A stretch of 64,000 nt of DNA, from contig JASLCK010000007.1 of the NCBI GenBank assembly GCA_030151865.1, forward strand, positions 137-64,136, written 5' to 3'. Both the position numbers and the translations under genes were made by a program. The notes below the pieces were generated by a model that searched no databases, was not told the origin of the DNA, and was given only the letters and a program-made list of their open reading frames with translations. This DNA is from Rhodospirillaceae bacterium. Its GTDB lineage: Bacteria > Pseudomonadota > Alphaproteobacteria > Rhodospirillales > Magnetospirillaceae. Shown here piece after piece: positions 19,751 to 31,289 of the stretch. Each line of letters begins with the position of its first letter. Position 1 is the first letter of the stretch.

Positions 19751-19786
19751 AAAAGAAAAACGCCGCGGAGTTTCCCCCGCGGCGTT
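19751..19786 (-). terminator. Rho-independent terminator after ccoP
   Basis: On the minus strand AACGCCGCGG-gggaaact-CCGCGGCGTT followed by TTTTTCTTTT. Confidence 0.8.
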
Positions 19787-19800
19787 CCCCGTAAATCCGC

Positions 19801-20682
19801 TTACTTGTGGGCGCCGCCCAGCGAGTAAACGTAAACGGCCAGCTGCTTGATGGTCGCTTCGTCGAAGCGTTCCGACCAAGCCGGCATCGAGCCGTGCTTC
19901 GGAGCCTTCACCTGCGAGATGATCGCAGCCTTCTGGTCCTTGTCCTTGTACAGCCAGACACCCGAAGCCAGAGCGGGAGCGCCCATGGCCTGGTTGCCTT
20001 CGCCGTTTTCGCCGTGGCAAGCCACGCAGCCATTGTTGGTGAAGATGTCCTTGCCACGGCCAGCGGCGGTGGCGTCCTTGCCCGACTTGGACAGGGACAG
20101 AACATATTCAGCAACGTCGTTCAGCTGCGCGTCGTTCAGGACGTCGCCACCGCCGAAAGCCGGCATTTCGCTCTGACGGCTGTTGGCGTTGGAGTTGCGA
20201 ACACCATAAGCAATGGTGGTCTTGATGTCGTCCAGGCTACCGCCCCACAGCCACTGATCGTCGGCCAGGTTCGGGAAGCCATAGGCGCCCACGCCGCCAA
20301 CACCATGGCAAGCGGCGCAGGTGTCATTGAAGACAGCCTTGCCACCGGCAACGGCGAAGTTCAGCAGATCCTTGTCCTTCACGATGTCTTCCAGCGAAGC
20401 ATTCTGAATCTTCGACAGATAGACACCCTTAGCCTTGTTGGCGTTGTCGATGTCGGCAACGACCTGAGTACGGGAATGCCACCCGAAGGTGCCGGCCCAG
20501 TAGCTCGAGAACGTCGGCCAGCTCGGATAAACGACCCAGTAGCCAATCGACCACAGAATACAAGCGAAGAACACATAGACCCACCACTTCGGCAGCGGGG
20601 TGTTCAGTTCCTTAATACCGTCCCACTCGTGACCAGTGGTGTACTGGCCGGAGACGGGATCCTTCTCAACATTGGTCGCCAT
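19801..20682 (-). CDS. ccoP: cbb3-type cytochrome c oxidase subunit III (dihaem c)
   Basis: Two CxxCH motifs (CAACHG, CVACHG), N-terminal TM, GHEWDGIKELNTPLPKWW signature. Confidence 0.95.
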   Translation of the reverse strand: MATNVEKDPVSGQYTTGHEWDGIKELNTPLPKWWVYVFFACILWSIGYWVVYPSWPTFSSYWAGTFGWHSRTQVVADIDNANKAKGVYLSKIQNASLEDIVKDKDLLNFAVAGGKAVFNDTCAACHGVGGVGAYGFPNLADDQWLWGGSLDDIKTTIAYGVRNSNANSRQSEMPAFGGGDVLNDAQLNDVAEYVLSLSKSGKDATAAGRGKDIFTNNGCVACHGENGEGNQAMGAPALASGVWLYKDKDQKAAIISQVKAPKHGSMPAWSERFDEATIKQLAVYVYSLGGAHK

Positions 20683-20685
20683 CGC

Positions 20686-20847
20686 TTAGCGCTCCTCGTT
20701 GTCGTCCCTCAGCGGGATGTCCCCATAGGACTCGATCTTCCCTCTGTTCTTGGGCCAATAGGCCCAAAGGACGATCCCGCTGAAGAAAATCATCACCCAC
20801 AATCCCCAGAGGGAGCGAAGGACCTCGATAAAAGAGTCGAGAGTCAC
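20686..20847 (-). CDS. ccoQ: cbb3-type cytochrome c oxidase subunit IV CcoQ/FixQ (53 aa, below the ORF-track cutoff)
   Basis: Hand translation from GTG 20845-20847: (M)TLDSFIEVLRSLWGLWVMIFFSGIVLWAYWPKNRGKIESYGDIPLRDDNEER; one TM plus the YWP-K-N motif typical of CcoQ; fills the ccoO-ccoP gap. Confidence 0.8.
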   Translation of the reverse strand: MTLDSFIEVLRSLWGLWVMIFFSGIVLWAYWPKNRGKIESYGDIPLRDDNEER

Positions 20848-20858
20848 TTCATCTCTCC

Positions 20859-21584
20859 TTAGCGAATCGCGTCCGACTTCATGGTGGAGAAGTCGACCAT
20901 CGTGCCGAGCACCTGCAGGTACGCCACCAGGGCGTCCATTTCGGTGACCTGCTCGGAGGTCTTGTCCTTCTTACCAACGCTGGCTTTCGGATAGCGCTGC
21001 AACAGAGCATCCGTGTTGGCGTCAGCGCTGGCCTGAGCCACGAGGTCGGCCTTGGCGTTGGCGATGTCGTCATCGGTGTAGGGCACACCGACAACACGCA
21101 AGGTCTTCAGCTTCGCCACGATATCGTCGGCGTTCAGAGGACGATGCAGGTGCTTGTAGTCCGGCATGATCGATTCCGGAACCACGTCGCGCGGGTTGTT
21201 CAGGTGACGGACGTGCCAGTCGTTGGTGTACTTGCCACCGACGCGGGCCAGATCCGGACCGGTACGCTTGGAACCCCACTGGAAGGGGTGGTCGTACTGG
21301 GACTCGGCCGCCAGGCTGTAGTGACCATAGCGTTCGACCTCGTCACGGAACGGACGGATCATCTGGCTGTGGCACAGATAGCAACCTTCGCGGACATAGA
21401 TGTCGCGACCAACCTGTTCGAGCGGCGAGTAGGGACGAACCCCATCCACCTTTTCGATGGTTTCCTTGATGGTGAACAGCGGAACGATTTCCACGATACC
21501 GCCGATGATCACCGTCAACAGGATGCCGACCATCAGAAGAACGACGTTGGTCTCAAACTTAGCGTGATGCTTCAGGATAGACAT
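20859..21584 (-). CDS. ccoO: cbb3-type cytochrome c oxidase subunit II (monohaem c)
   Basis: [11 protein letters not shown] haem motif and full CcoO pattern; 241 aa. Confidence 0.95.
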   Translation of the reverse strand: MSILKHHAKFETNVVLLMVGILLTVIIGGIVEIVPLFTIKETIEKVDGVRPYSPLEQVGRDIYVREGCYLCHSQMIRPFRDEVERYGHYSLAAESQYDHPFQWGSKRTGPDLARVGGKYTNDWHVRHLNNPRDVVPESIMPDYKHLHRPLNADDIVAKLKTLRVVGVPYTDDDIANAKADLVAQASADANTDALLQRYPKASVGKKDKTSEQVTEMDALVAYLQVLGTMVDFSTMKSDAIR

Positions 21585-21596
21585 GGGTCGCTCTCC

Positions 21597-23075
21597 TTAA
21601 CCGCGGGCGCCGGCGCCAACAGGCGCTTCGTAAGGAACTTCGTTCCGAACGTCACCCTTGATGGTGCGGTAGAAGTTGTAAGCCATGATCAGGCCACCCA
21701 GAACGAACAGCACACCGCCGGTCGCGCGAATGATGTAGTAGGGGTGCATGGCGGCCACAGTTTCGATGAACGAATACTGCAGGAAGCCAAGGTTATCATA
21801 AGCGCGCCACATCAGGCCCTGCATGATGCCCGAGATCCACATCGAGGTGATGTAGAGCACGACGCCGATGGTGGCGATCCAGAAGTGATAGCTGACCAGA
21901 CGGGTGGAATAGAGCGACTTACGCTTCCACAGCACCGGCACCAGATGGTACAGCGCACCGAAGGAAACGAAGGCAACCCAACCCAAAGCGCCCGAGTGAA
22001 CGTGGCCAATACCCCAGTCGGTGTAGTGGGACAGCGAGTTCACGGCCTTCACCGACATCATCGGACCTTCGAAGGTCGACATGCCGTAGAAAGCAACCGA
22101 GGTCACCAGGAAGCGGATGACGGGGTCGGTGCGCAGCTTTTCCCAAGCGCCCGACAGGGTCATCAGACCGTTGATCATGCCACCCCAGGACGGCATCCAC
22201 AGCATCACCGAGAAGGTCATGCCCAGAGTCTGCGCCCAGTCCGGCAGAGCGGTGTAGTGCAGATGGTGCGGACCGGCCCAGATGTACAGGAAGATCAGCG
22301 CCCAGAAGTGCACGATCGACAGACGGTACGAATAGACCGGACGTTCGGCGCGCTTGGGCACGAAGTAGTACATGATGGCCAGGAAGCCGGTGGTCAGGAA
22401 GAAGCCCACGGCGTTGTGGCCGTACCACCACTGGGTCATGGCGTCCTGAACGCCCGAATACAGCTGGTAGGACTTCCACCAGGTGCCGCCGAAGACGGCG
22501 GTCGGGACGGCCAGGTTGTTGCCCAGATGCAGCATGGCAACGGTGATGATCATCGCCAGGGTGAACCAGTTGGCGACGTAGATGTGGGGTTCCTTGCGCT
22601 TATACAGGGTGCCGACGAAGGCAATCAGATAAGCGACCCACACGACGGTCAGCCACAGGTCCAACCACCATTCCGGCTCGGCGTATTCCTTGCCCTGGCT
22701 TTGGCCCAGGACATAGCTCAGCGCCGCGGCGACGATGAAGAGGTTGAAACCCCAGAAAATGAAGTTGCCCAGCACGGCGCCGCCCCACAGCGAAGCGCGG
22801 GTGGTGCGCTGCACGACGAAGAGCGAGGTGGCCATAAGGACGTTGCCGCCAAAGGCGAAGATGACGGCAGAGGTGTGCACCGGACGGAGACGACCAAACG
22901 AGGTCCATTCCAGATCCAGATTCAACACCGGGAAAGCAAGCTGCCAGGCGATCAAATCGCCCACCAGGAAACCAACGACACCCCAGAAGGTCGCAGCAAT
23001 GACGAACTTCTGAATGACGTTGTCAAAATAAGGCGTCGCGTCTTGAGCGCCGTGCGCCGTGGTCGCTTGGGTCAT
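21597..23075 (-). CDS. ccoN: cbb3-type cytochrome c oxidase subunit I
   Basis: 12-TM haem-copper oxidase pattern with [10 protein letters not shown] and HHLHYT-type His ligands; 492 aa. Confidence 0.95.
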   Translation of the reverse strand: MTQATTAHGAQDATPYFDNVIQKFVIAATFWGVVGFLVGDLIAWQLAFPVLNLDLEWTSFGRLRPVHTSAVIFAFGGNVLMATSLFVVQRTTRASLWGGAVLGNFIFWGFNLFIVAAALSYVLGQSQGKEYAEPEWWLDLWLTVVWVAYLIAFVGTLYKRKEPHIYVANWFTLAMIITVAMLHLGNNLAVPTAVFGGTWWKSYQLYSGVQDAMTQWWYGHNAVGFFLTTGFLAIMYYFVPKRAERPVYSYRLSIVHFWALIFLYIWAGPHHLHYTALPDWAQTLGMTFSVMLWMPSWGGMINGLMTLSGAWEKLRTDPVIRFLVTSVAFYGMSTFEGPMMSVKAVNSLSHYTDWGIGHVHSGALGWVAFVSFGALYHLVPVLWKRKSLYSTRLVSYHFWIATIGVVLYITSMWISGIMQGLMWRAYDNLGFLQYSFIETVAAMHPYYIIRATGGVLFVLGGLIMAYNFYRTIKGDVRNEVPYEAPVGAGARG

Positions 23076-23263
23076 GCCGAACTCCTGTCTCGACCAAAAA
23101 CGAATCCATGAACGGTGAGTTCATTAACCGCATTGCGCGAAGGATTCTTTTCCCCCTCCCTCGCCACTGCGGCAGCCCTTCCGAAACCGATGAGCCATAG
23201 GTATAGGCCCCCGTCTCCGGGTCCGAGTTCGGCGCAATATGACGCACGCCGCCAAGAGGGCCA

Positions 23264-23277
23264 TTGATCTGGATCAA
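23264..23277. promoter_or_regulatory. Consensus FNR/FixK box upstream of ccoN
   Basis: TTGATCTGGATCAA = perfect TTGAT-N4-ATCAA, ~190 nt upstream of the ccoN ATG. Confidence 0.8.
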
Positions 23278-23391
23278 AATGAGCCTCTTTTATGCCGCAT
23301 TTAAGGGAGTTTTCCGCGCCTTTGCGACTCTTCGTCAATTACCCCTGCGCTGCACCGTTGAGAAACCTGTGCGAGACGCTAAACTATACCA

Positions 23392-24594
23392 ATGACTGAT
23401 ATGATCGATAATCCCACCTCCCGCCCTCAGATTCACCTTATGGCTGGCCGCTCGCGCCGCCTCAGGTCTGGACATCCGTGGGTATTCTCCAACGAAATTA
23501 GTATGGATGCCGCGGCCAAGGCTTTGCCTCCCGGCGGGCTGGTGACGGTGGTCGATGCGGGCGGCGAACGCCTGGGCGTCGGCACGTTTAATCCCCATTC
23601 CCTGATCGCCGTGCGCCTGCTGTCGCGCGATCCGGATCAGAGCGTCGATGCTGGGTTGATCGCCCAGCGTCTGGAGCGCGCCCGCGCCTTGCGCGACCAG
23701 ATGTTTGGCCGCCCCTTTTATCGCCTGATCCATGCCGAGGCCGACGGCCTGCCCGGTCTGGTGATCGACCGTTATGGCGATATCGTCGCCATCCAGGCCA
23801 ACACGGCGGGCATGGACCTGTTGCTGCCGCAAATCCTCGAAGCGATTGATCAGGTTCTGGCCCCCAAGGCGGTGGTGCTGAAGAACGACAGCCCGGTGCG
23901 TAAGCTGGAAGGGTTGGAGCTTTACGACCGTCTGGCCAAGGGCGATCTGTCCGGCCCGGTGGAGTTGGAAGAAAACGGCGCGCGCTTCCTGGCCGATCTG
24001 GCGGACGGGCAAAAGACCGGCTGGTTCTATGACCAGCGCGACAACCGCGCCGCCGTGGCTGCCCTGGCCAAGGGCCGCAGCATGATCGACTTTTACACCT
24101 ATGCGGGCGGCTTTGCCGTTCAGGCGGCGCTGGCGGGTGCTTCGCGGGTGGTGGCGGTTGATCGTTCGGAAGGATCGCTGGCCCTGGCCTCCCGTTCAGC
24201 CGAACTCAACGCCGTCAAGATCGAAGCGGTGCGCGCCGACAGCTTCGCCGAAATGGAACGTCTCGCCACTGCCGGGGAAAAGTTCGGCGTTGTGGTGTCC
24301 GACCCGCCCGCCTTCGTCAAATCCAAGAAGGATCTGGCGGCGGGCTCGAAGGGCTATCGCAAGATGACCAAGCTGGCCGCCGCCCTGGTGGAACCGGGCG
24401 GGTTCCTGCTGGTGGCGTCGTGCTCGCACCACATGGCCCCCGACAATTTCGCCGAGGAAGTGCGCCACGGCCTGTCTCAGGCGGGACGGTCGGGCCGCAT
24501 TCTCCGCTCGGCGGGGGCGGCGGGCGACCATCCGGTCCATCCTTATCTGCCGGAAAGCGCCTATCTGAAGGCCCAGTTGTTCCAGTTGGATTGA
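23392..24594 (+). CDS. rlmI: Class I SAM-dependent rRNA (cytosine-C5) methyltransferase, RlmI family
   Basis: PUA-like N-terminus (GHPWVFSNEI), DGLPGLVIDRYGD, GQKTGWFYDQRDNR, VVSDPPAF, SCSHH. Confidence 0.85.
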   Translation: MTDMIDNPTSRPQIHLMAGRSRRLRSGHPWVFSNEISMDAAAKALPPGGLVTVVDAGGERLGVGTFNPHSLIAVRLLSRDPDQSVDAGLIAQRLERARALRDQMFGRPFYRLIHAEADGLPGLVIDRYGDIVAIQANTAGMDLLLPQILEAIDQVLAPKAVVLKNDSPVRKLEGLELYDRLAKGDLSGPVELEENGARFLADLADGQKTGWFYDQRDNRAAVAALAKGRSMIDFYTYAGGFAVQAALAGASRVVAVDRSEGSLALASRSAELNAVKIEAVRADSFAEMERLATAGEKFGVVVSDPPAFVKSKKDLAAGSKGYRKMTKLAAALVEPGGFLLVASCSHHMAPDNFAEEVRHGLSQAGRSGRILRSAGAAGDHPVHPYLPESAYLKAQLFQLD

Positions 24595-24723
24595 TCGGGC
24601 ACAAAGCCGGGGCGGCCGTCCGTTGCCCCGGCTTTTCCTTGCAATCCTTGACGTCGGGGCCGCCCGAGCATATTTCACCGCTTCGTAGTCAGTCTCAATC
24701 GTCGTTGTCTGGAAAGTTGACCC

Positions 24724-25239
24724 ATGGCCCTTTTGCCGATCTTTGTCGCCCCGCATCCTGTTTTGAAGCAAAAAGCCAAGCCGGTGGCGCAGGTCGACGA
24801 CACCATCCGCACCCTGATGGACGACATGCTGGAGACCATGTACAAGGCCCCCGGCATCGGTTTGGCCGCACCGCAGGTTGGGCAATCGATTCGCCTGCTG
24901 GTCATCGACATCGCCGGAGAGGGAGAGCCCCCGGCCCCGCTGTGCATGGTCAATCCGGAAATCACCTGGGTTTCCGACGAAGACCGCCATTACGAAGAAG
25001 GCTGCCTGTCGGTTCCCGACCAATATGCCGACGTGGTCCGTCCGGCCCGCATCAAGGTCCGCTTCATCGACCGCGACAACCAGAAGCAGGAAATCGAAGC
25101 TGATGATCTGTTGGCTACCGTGATCCAGCATGAGATGGACCATCTGGAGGGCATTCTGTTCATCGACCACCTGTCCAGCCTGAAGCGCAACATGATCCTG
25201 CGCAAGCTGACCAAGCTGAAGAAGGATGCCGAGGCATGA
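24724..25239 (+). CDS. def: Peptide deformylase
   Basis: [24 protein letters not shown] motifs. Confidence 0.95.
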   Translation: MALLPIFVAPHPVLKQKAKPVAQVDDTIRTLMDDMLETMYKAPGIGLAAPQVGQSIRLLVIDIAGEGEPPAPLCMVNPEITWVSDEDRHYEEGCLSVPDQYADVVRPARIKVRFIDRDNQKQEIEADDLLATVIQHEMDHLEGILFIDHLSSLKRNMILRKLTKLKKDAEA

Positions 25240-26162
25240 GCCTGCGCCTCGTCTTCATGGGCACCCCCGACTTCGCCGCCAGCGCCCTGGCGGCGCTGAT
25301 CGAGGCCGGACACGATGTGGTCTGCGTCTATAGCCAGCCGCCCCGCCCTGCCGGGCGCGGCCATAAGGAAAAGCCGTCGCCGGTTCACGCCTTCGCCGAC
25401 AGCAAGGGCATTGCCGTGCGCACCCCGAAAAGCCTGAGGACCGCCGAAGCTCAGGCCGACTTCGCCGCCCTCAATGCCGATTTGGCGGTGGTGGCGGCCT
25501 ATGGCCTGATCCTGCCCAAGGCAGTATTGGACGCGCCCCGTCTGGGCTGCATCAACATCCACGCCTCGCTGCTGCCACGCTGGCGCGGTGCTGCCCCGAT
25601 CCAGCGGGCCATCCAGGCGGGCGATGCCGAAAGCGGCGTCACCATCATGCAGATGGACGAAGGCTTGGATACCGGCGCGATGCTGCTAAAGGGCGTCACC
25701 CCGATTACCGCCGAAACCACCGGGGCCAGCCTGCATGACGCCCTGGCCGCCCAGGGGGCCGCGCTGATCGTGGATGCCCTGACCAAGCTGGAAGCAGACG
25801 CCCTGCCCGCCACCGCCCAACCGGTCGATGGCGTGACCTATGCCGCCAAGCTGTCCAAGGACGAAGGCCGCCTGGATTGGACCCGTCCGGCGGGCGAACT
25901 AGAACGCACCATCCGCGCCTTCACCCCCTGGCCGGGGGCCTGGTTCGAAAAAGATGGCGAACGCTTCAAGGTTCTGGCGGCGCAAGTGATCAGCGGCTCT
26001 GGCACTCCGGGCAGCGTTCTCGATGATCGCTTAAGCGTCGCCTGCGGCGAAGGTGCGTTGCGGCTGATCACCGTCCAGCGGGCCGGTAAGGCGGCGATGT
26101 CCGCCGACGCCCTGCTGCGCGGCTATCCGGTCCCCAAGGGAACCAATCTTGCCGCGCTATAA
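25236..26162 (+). CDS. fmt: Methionyl-tRNA formyltransferase
   Basis: [18 protein letters not shown] motif; 4-nt overlap with def. Confidence 0.95.
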   Translation: MSLRLVFMGTPDFAASALAALIEAGHDVVCVYSQPPRPAGRGHKEKPSPVHAFADSKGIAVRTPKSLRTAEAQADFAALNADLAVVAAYGLILPKAVLDAPRLGCINIHASLLPRWRGAAPIQRAIQAGDAESGVTIMQMDEGLDTGAMLLKGVTPITAETTGASLHDALAAQGAALIVDALTKLEADALPATAQPVDGVTYAAKLSKDEGRLDWTRPAGELERTIRAFTPWPGAWFEKDGERFKVLAAQVISGSGTPGSVLDDRLSVACGEGALRLITVQRAGKAAMSADALLRGYPVPKGTNLAAL

Positions 26163-26898
26163 GCTGACGGTCGAATATGACGGCACCGGTCTGGTGGGCT
26201 GGCAGCGCCAGGATAGCGGCATGTCGGTGCAAGGACTGCTGGAACAGGCGGCTTATATCCTGTCGGGCCAGAAGGTCACGTTTTACGCTGCCGGACGGAC
26301 CGACGCCGGGGTCCATGCCACCGGACAAGTAGCCCATGTGGAATTCGAGCGGGACTTCCGCCCCGACTCGGTGCGCGACGGCCTGAATTTCTGGCTACGC
26401 CCGGAAGGGGCCTATTGCCAGGTCATCGTGGTGGCGGCGGAACGGGTGGAAGACGACTTCCACGCCCGCTTTTCGGCCAAGGGACGCAGCTATCTCTACC
26501 GCATCGTCAATCGCCGGGTCCGCTTGGTGATCGAGCATAACCGCGCTTGGTGGGTACCCCGTCCCCTGGATGCGGCAGCGATGCACGAAGCCGCCCAACA
26601 TTTGGTCGGCCATCACGACTTCACCACCTTCCGCGCCGCCGAATGCCAGGGCAGCGGCCCGATGAAGACCCTGGACCGCCTGGATGTTTCGCGCGTCGGT
26701 CAGGAAATCCATATTGTCGCCGAAGCCCGCTCATTCCTGCATCATCAGGTCCGCAACATGGTCGGCACCCTGAAGCTGGTGGGCGAAGGCAAGTGGCAGC
26801 CCATCGACGTCAAGCACGCGCTGGAAGCGAAAAACCGCGCCAAGGGCGGCCCCACCGCCCCAGCGGAAGGGCTTTACTTCACCGGCGTCAAATACTGA
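26149..26898 (+). CDS. truA: tRNA pseudouridine(38-40) synthase
   Basis: [28 protein letters not shown] catalytic Asp motif. Confidence 0.95.
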   Translation: MPRYKLTVEYDGTGLVGWQRQDSGMSVQGLLEQAAYILSGQKVTFYAAGRTDAGVHATGQVAHVEFERDFRPDSVRDGLNFWLRPEGAYCQVIVVAAERVEDDFHARFSAKGRSYLYRIVNRRVRLVIEHNRAWWVPRPLDAAAMHEAAQHLVGHHDFTTFRAAECQGSGPMKTLDRLDVSRVGQEIHIVAEARSFLHHQVRNMVGTLKLVGEGKWQPIDVKHALEAKNRAKGGPTAPAEGLYFTGVKY

Positions 26899-27027
26899 CA
26901 AAAGCCCCGGCCAAGCCAATCTCAATTGTTGCAGTCTTTTGAAATTTAAGACGGTTTCGCCCCGCCCGGATTTTCCGGCGCACGGAAACGGCTAAGATGG
27001 CCGCCTTGTTTCCGTGATGGGGTTGGC

Positions 27028-27498
27028 ATGAACGTCGAGTTGCATCTGTCGAACATCAACGAACTGAGCAAACGCCGGTTCCAGCGCGTCCATATGTCGG
27101 TTCCCGTCACCATCGGCGACAAGACCATGCGGACCATCGACTGGTCTGTGGGCGGCGTGCGCCTGCCCCATATCTTTCCTGGGCTTGATCCCTGGCAGGG
27201 TGAGGCCGACATCAGCATCCCGGCGGAAGATCTGCTGTTTACCCTGCACCTGACCATCGAGCATGTGCACGCCAATCTGGAACACGGTTATGCCGGATAC
27301 CGCTTTGTCGATCCGACCGAAGAACAGCACGATTTGTTGCGCGCCCTGGTGATCGCCGTGGTCACCGATGGCTGTTTCGAGCTGGACAGCGTGCTGCAAG
27401 CCCCCTTTGCCAAGACCGCCCTGGCCAAAGCGCGGCGCGACGGACAAAGCATCCACCCCCACGAAGGCTTTGCCATTACCAAACGCGCTCAGGGGTAA
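27028..27498 (+). CDS. PilZ domain protein (putative c-di-GMP receptor)
   Basis: KRRFQRV ... DWSVGG matches the RxxxR / D-x-S-x-x-G PilZ motifs. Confidence 0.7.
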   Translation: MNVELHLSNINELSKRRFQRVHMSVPVTIGDKTMRTIDWSVGGVRLPHIFPGLDPWQGEADISIPAEDLLFTLHLTIEHVHANLEHGYAGYRFVDPTEEQHDLLRALVIAVVTDGCFELDSVLQAPFAKTALAKARRDGQSIHPHEGFAITKRAQG

Positions 27499-27500
27499 GC

Positions 27501-28079
27501 TCAGGACCCCAGACCAATCCCCGACAGGCTGTCGGCACCGGCGTCGATCAGCACCCCCAACAGGAAATCGATGATCACCAAGGCGGTCGCGGTGATGCTT
27601 TCCACCGCCAGACCAATGCGGGCGATGAAAAAGCTGTAAGCGAGAAACACGATGTGCAACAGCACCCACAACGCCATCAAGACTTCCTGCGGGGCGCCCA
27701 GACTGGTCAACAGCAAAAGCGGCGGCCACAGCACCAACTGCACCAGTTGGAACCAGTTATAGGTGGCGATGTAGAGGCAATAGCGTTCGGTCCGGTGAAA
27801 TAGGACCACCACCGGGATCATCAGCAGCGGATAGGACAGCCAGCCGACCACATAGGCCGCCCCCTGCACCCCGGCGAACTGCCACCAATCGGTGATTTTG
27901 TCGGGCGGCAACTGGTAAGCCAGCATCAGCCCCCAAAACGGCAGCAGGATCAGCGCGGCCCAAAAGGAATTCAGGCACCCGCGCCGGGTCGGATCGAAAA
28001 ACAGGAAGCCTTCGGGACGAAATCTCAACAGATAACGGATCCCGGTAAAAGCGGCCTGAAGTTCGCGCCGGTTCAGCAT
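27501..28079 (-). CDS. Hypothetical integral membrane protein (about 5 TM)
   Basis: Multiple hydrophobic segments, native codon bias, 7-nt overlap with the dapE 3' end. Confidence 0.6.
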   Translation of the reverse strand: MLNRRELQAAFTGIRYLLRFRPEGFLFFDPTRRGCLNSFWAALILLPFWGLMLAYQLPPDKITDWWQFAGVQGAAYVVGWLSYPLLMIPVVVLFHRTERYCLYIATYNWFQLVQLVLWPPLLLLTSLGAPQEVLMALWVLLHIVFLAYSFFIARIGLAVESITATALVIIDFLLGVLIDAGADSLSGIGLGS

Positions 28080-29257
28080 GCCAGATAATCCTGCAAGATC
28101 CGCTGATAGATGTCGGTCAGCCCGAACAGATCGGCCACAGCAACCCGTTCATCGGCCTTATGCATGCTTTGCCCGACCAACCCAAATTCCGCAACAGGAC
28201 AATGGTAGCGGATGAAGCGGGCATCCGACGTTCCGCCCGAGGTCGAGGCTTCAGGCTGATGGCCGGTCACCGCCAAAGCGGCCCGGGCAATACTGTCGGA
28301 CAGCTTGCCGGGCGGGGTCAGGAAGCTTTCGCCCGACACTTCCACCTCAAGCTCATATGCGCCGCCGATGGCGTCGAACTTGGCACGCAGCCAATCCTCG
28401 ACGCTCTTGCCGGAATGCAGATCGTTAAAGCGGATGTTGAAACCGGCGCGCGCCTCGGCAGGGATGACGTTGGTGGCGGGGTTGCCCACATCGATGGTGG
28501 TGATCGCCAGGGTCGAGGCCTGAAAATGTTCCGACCCCTGATCCAACGGTTCGCGGATCAGGCTTTGCAGCATGTCCATCAAACGGGGAATGGGATTGTC
28601 AGCCCGGTCGGGATAGGCCACATGACCTTGCGCCCCCAGCACCCGCAAGCGCCCGTTCAGGCTGCCGCGTCGGCCGATCTTCATCATCTCGCCCAGATAG
28701 CGGGGATTGGTGGGTTCGCCCACCAGACAGGCGTCGATGGTTTCGCCCTGCTGCTTCAGCCAATCCAGCACGCGCACCGTGCCGTCCAGAGCACGGCCTT
28801 CCTCGTCACCGGTAATCAGCAGGCTGATGGAGCCTTTGAAAGCCGCCTGTTCAGCCAGAAAGCGCGCGGTGGCGGCGACAAAGGCGGCGACCGCCCCCTT
28901 CATGTCGGCAGCCCCCCGACCATAAAGATGATCGCCCACCACTTGGCCCGCAAAGGGATCGACGGTCCAGCCCTGACCGGGCGGCACCACATCGGTATGA
29001 CCGGCGAAGCAGAAATTGGGGGATTGATCACCCAGACGGGCGTAAAGATTTTCGATCTGCGGACGGCCCTGATCAGCCCCAAAGGCCAAACGCCGGCAGG
29101 TGAACCCCAGCGCGGTCAACGCCTCTTCCAGCACCGCCAGCGCGCCATCGTCGGCGGGAGTGACACTGGGACGGCGAATCAACGCCTGGGCCAGGGCGAG
29201 CGGATCGGTCAAAGCGGACGGATGGGACACGGGCACGACACTCGCAGCAAAAGACAT
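28073..29257 (-). CDS. dapE: Succinyl-diaminopimelate desuccinylase (M20 peptidase)
   Basis: [25 protein letters not shown] motifs; 394 aa. Confidence 0.9.
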   Translation of the reverse strand: MSFAASVVPVSHPSALTDPLALAQALIRRPSVTPADDGALAVLEEALTALGFTCRRLAFGADQGRPQIENLYARLGDQSPNFCFAGHTDVVPPGQGWTVDPFAGQVVGDHLYGRGAADMKGAVAAFVAATARFLAEQAAFKGSISLLITGDEEGRALDGTVRVLDWLKQQGETIDACLVGEPTNPRYLGEMMKIGRRGSLNGRLRVLGAQGHVAYPDRADNPIPRLMDMLQSLIREPLDQGSEHFQASTLAITTIDVGNPATNVIPAEARAGFNIRFNDLHSGKSVEDWLRAKFDAIGGAYELEVEVSGESFLTPPGKLSDSIARAALAVTGHQPEASTSGGTSDARFIRYHCPVAEFGLVGQSMHKADERVAVADLFGLTDIYQRILQDYLAC

Positions 29258-29314
29258 CCAAACAACGATGCGCCGCCAGCCGGTCAGGCTGGCGGCGAAC
29301 CGCCGACGCCGCGC

Positions 29315-30196
29315 TTAGTCGCGCAGCAACTCGTTGATCGACACCTTGCCACGGGTCCGCTCGTCAACGCGCTTGACGATGACGGCGCAATAGAGGCTGG
29401 GGCCGGGGGTGCCGTCCGGCAGGGGCTTGCCCGGCATGCTGCCCGACACCACCACCGAATAGGCGGGAACGCGACCGATGAAGACTTCGCCGGTGGCGCG
29501 GTCGATGATCTTGGTGGACGCACCCAGATAGACGCCCATGGACAACACCGCACCGGTTTCGACGATCACGCCTTCGGCCACTTCGGCGCGCGCGCCGATG
29601 AAGCAGTTGTCTTCGATGATGACCGGACCGGCCTGCAGGGGTTCCAGCACGCCGCCGATGCCCGCACCGCCCGAGATATGCACGTTCTTGCCGATCTGGG
29701 CGCAGGACCCGACGGTGGCCCAGGTGTCAACCATGGTGCCTTCATCGACGAAAGCGCCCAGATTGACAAAGGACGGCATCAGGACAACACCCTTGGCGAT
29801 GTGGGCCGAACGGCGCACCACGGCACCCGGAACGGCACGGAAACCGGCGGCCTTGAAGGTCTCGGCGGTCCAGCCTTCGAACTTGGTGGGAACCTTGTCG
29901 TACCAGACGCCGCCCTTGCCGGGGCCGCCCGCCATGATCTGGTTGTCGTTCAGACGGAACGACAGCAGCACGGCCTTTTTGGCCCACTGGTTGACCACCC
30001 AGCCGTTGGCGGTTTTCTGGGCGACACGTTCTTCGCCACTATCCAGGGCGTCCAGCGCCGCCTCCACCGCCTCGCGCACCAGACCTTGGGTCGCGGTGGT
30101 GACTTCGGCGCGGTTTTCCCAGGCTTCTTCGATACGGTCGATAATATGCTGGCTCAACGGCATGGACTGCGTTCCGTCAGAAATAGTGAAAGACAA
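29315..30196 (-). CDS. dapD: 2,3,4,5-tetrahydropyridine-2,6-dicarboxylate N-succinyltransferase
   Basis: Left-handed beta-helix hexapeptide repeats and DapD N-terminal helical domain; alternative start 30163. Confidence 0.9.
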   Translation of the reverse strand: MSFTISDGTQSMPLSQHIIDRIEEAWENRAEVTTATQGLVREAVEAALDALDSGEERVAQKTANGWVVNQWAKKAVLLSFRLNDNQIMAGGPGKGGVWYDKVPTKFEGWTAETFKAAGFRAVPGAVVRRSAHIAKGVVLMPSFVNLGAFVDEGTMVDTWATVGSCAQIGKNVHISGGAGIGGVLEPLQAGPVIIEDNCFIGARAEVAEGVIVETGAVLSMGVYLGASTKIIDRATGEVFIGRVPAYSVVVSGSMPGKPLPDGTPGPSLYCAVIVKRVDERTRGKVSINELLRD

Positions 30197-30289
30197 CCCG
30201 GAACCATAGCTGCCCCGCTGATCCTGTCAAGGACAGGCGGGGCCGGATCGGCTCCGGTTTTCCCTTATTTTTCCCAAGGGAAAGCCCGC

Positions 30290-31033
30290 TCAGGCAAAAT
30301 CGATGGCGTTCAGCCAACCCGCCAGATCGGTGGTGACATGATCGACATGGGACAGATCGGCGTCCCCCGCCTCACCCCAATGGGGATGGCCGTCTTCCTC
30401 CACCAGCACGGTGGTCATGCCGATGGCCGCTGCCGGAGCCAGATTGCGGGGAATATCTTCGAACATCGCCGCCAGATCGGGCGCGACGTCGTGACGCTTC
30501 AACAGCGCCGCATAAGCCTCGGCATTGGGCTTGGGCACATAATCGGCGGCCTGAATGTCGAAGATGCCCTGAAAGTGCCGGGTGATCCCCAGCCGGTCCA
30601 GCACGCTGACGGCGTGATGTTCCGACCCGTTGGTGAAGATCAGCTTGCGCCCCGGCAGGCGGGTCAGTGCCCGATCCAGGGCAGGCGACGGCTGCAACAC
30701 GCTGTGGTCGATGTCATGGACATAGGCCAGGAATTCCGCCGGTTCGATGCCATGCACCATCATCAGCCCGCGCAAGGTGGTGCCGTAGAGATGGTAATAT
30801 TGCTTTTGCAGCTTGTAGGCGGCATCCAGATCCAGCCCCAGCGCTTCGGCGATGAACTGGCGCATCCTGACATCGATCTGCGGGAACAGGCTGCACGAAG
30901 CCGGATAAAGGGTGTTGTCGAGATCGAACACCCAGCAATTCAGTTTCTTCAGCCGAACCAGCTGATCGGCGGAAGCCGACAGGATTGAAGCGGTCGGAGC
31001 GGTGGGGACAGTCTGGCTTTGGGTCATGATCAC
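30290..31033 (-). CDS. HAD-superfamily pyrimidine 5'-nucleotidase-like hydrolase
   Basis: WVFDLDNTLY (DxDxT), FTNGSEHHA, FEDIPRNL motifs. Confidence 0.8.
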   Translation of the reverse strand: MIMTQSQTVPTAPTASILSASADQLVRLKKLNCWVFDLDNTLYPASCSLFPQIDVRMRQFIAEALGLDLDAAYKLQKQYYHLYGTTLRGLMMVHGIEPAEFLAYVHDIDHSVLQPSPALDRALTRLPGRKLIFTNGSEHHAVSVLDRLGITRHFQGIFDIQAADYVPKPNAEAYAALLKRHDVAPDLAAMFEDIPRNLAPAAAIGMTTVLVEEDGHPHWGEAGDADLSHVDHVTTDLAGWLNAIDFA

Positions 31034-31289
31034 AGATAAGCCCTTCCGCCCCGAAACAACAAGAGCAGATCGGCAGTGGTCATGGTTTTATCACCTTGAT
31101 GATCACCCGAAAGGCGAGAAATTCCCTGACCTTTCCCCGCGATCGCCAGCAATAATTGACAAATCCGCCGAAAAACCAGCCACAACCGGCGGAATTATTG
31201 CAGTTTCATAGTTTTTCAATAGGCGGAAATAGACACCAGGGTTATGGTGATCAATAGGGAGGCTGGAAGTGTGACCGTTTGTCTCGGAT

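Noticed and set aside
21144-23111. 655-aa ORF on the + strand
   Set aside because: Entirely antisense to ccoO/ccoN, which are unmistakable. Its translation is Gly/Arg/His/Asp/Val-rich low-complexity, typical of shadow ORFs in high-GC DNA.
28160-30988. 942-aa ORF on the + strand
   Set aside because: Antisense to dapE, dapD and the HAD nucleotidase. It spans two intergenic regions of the real genes and has no recognisable motif: a GC-driven open frame.
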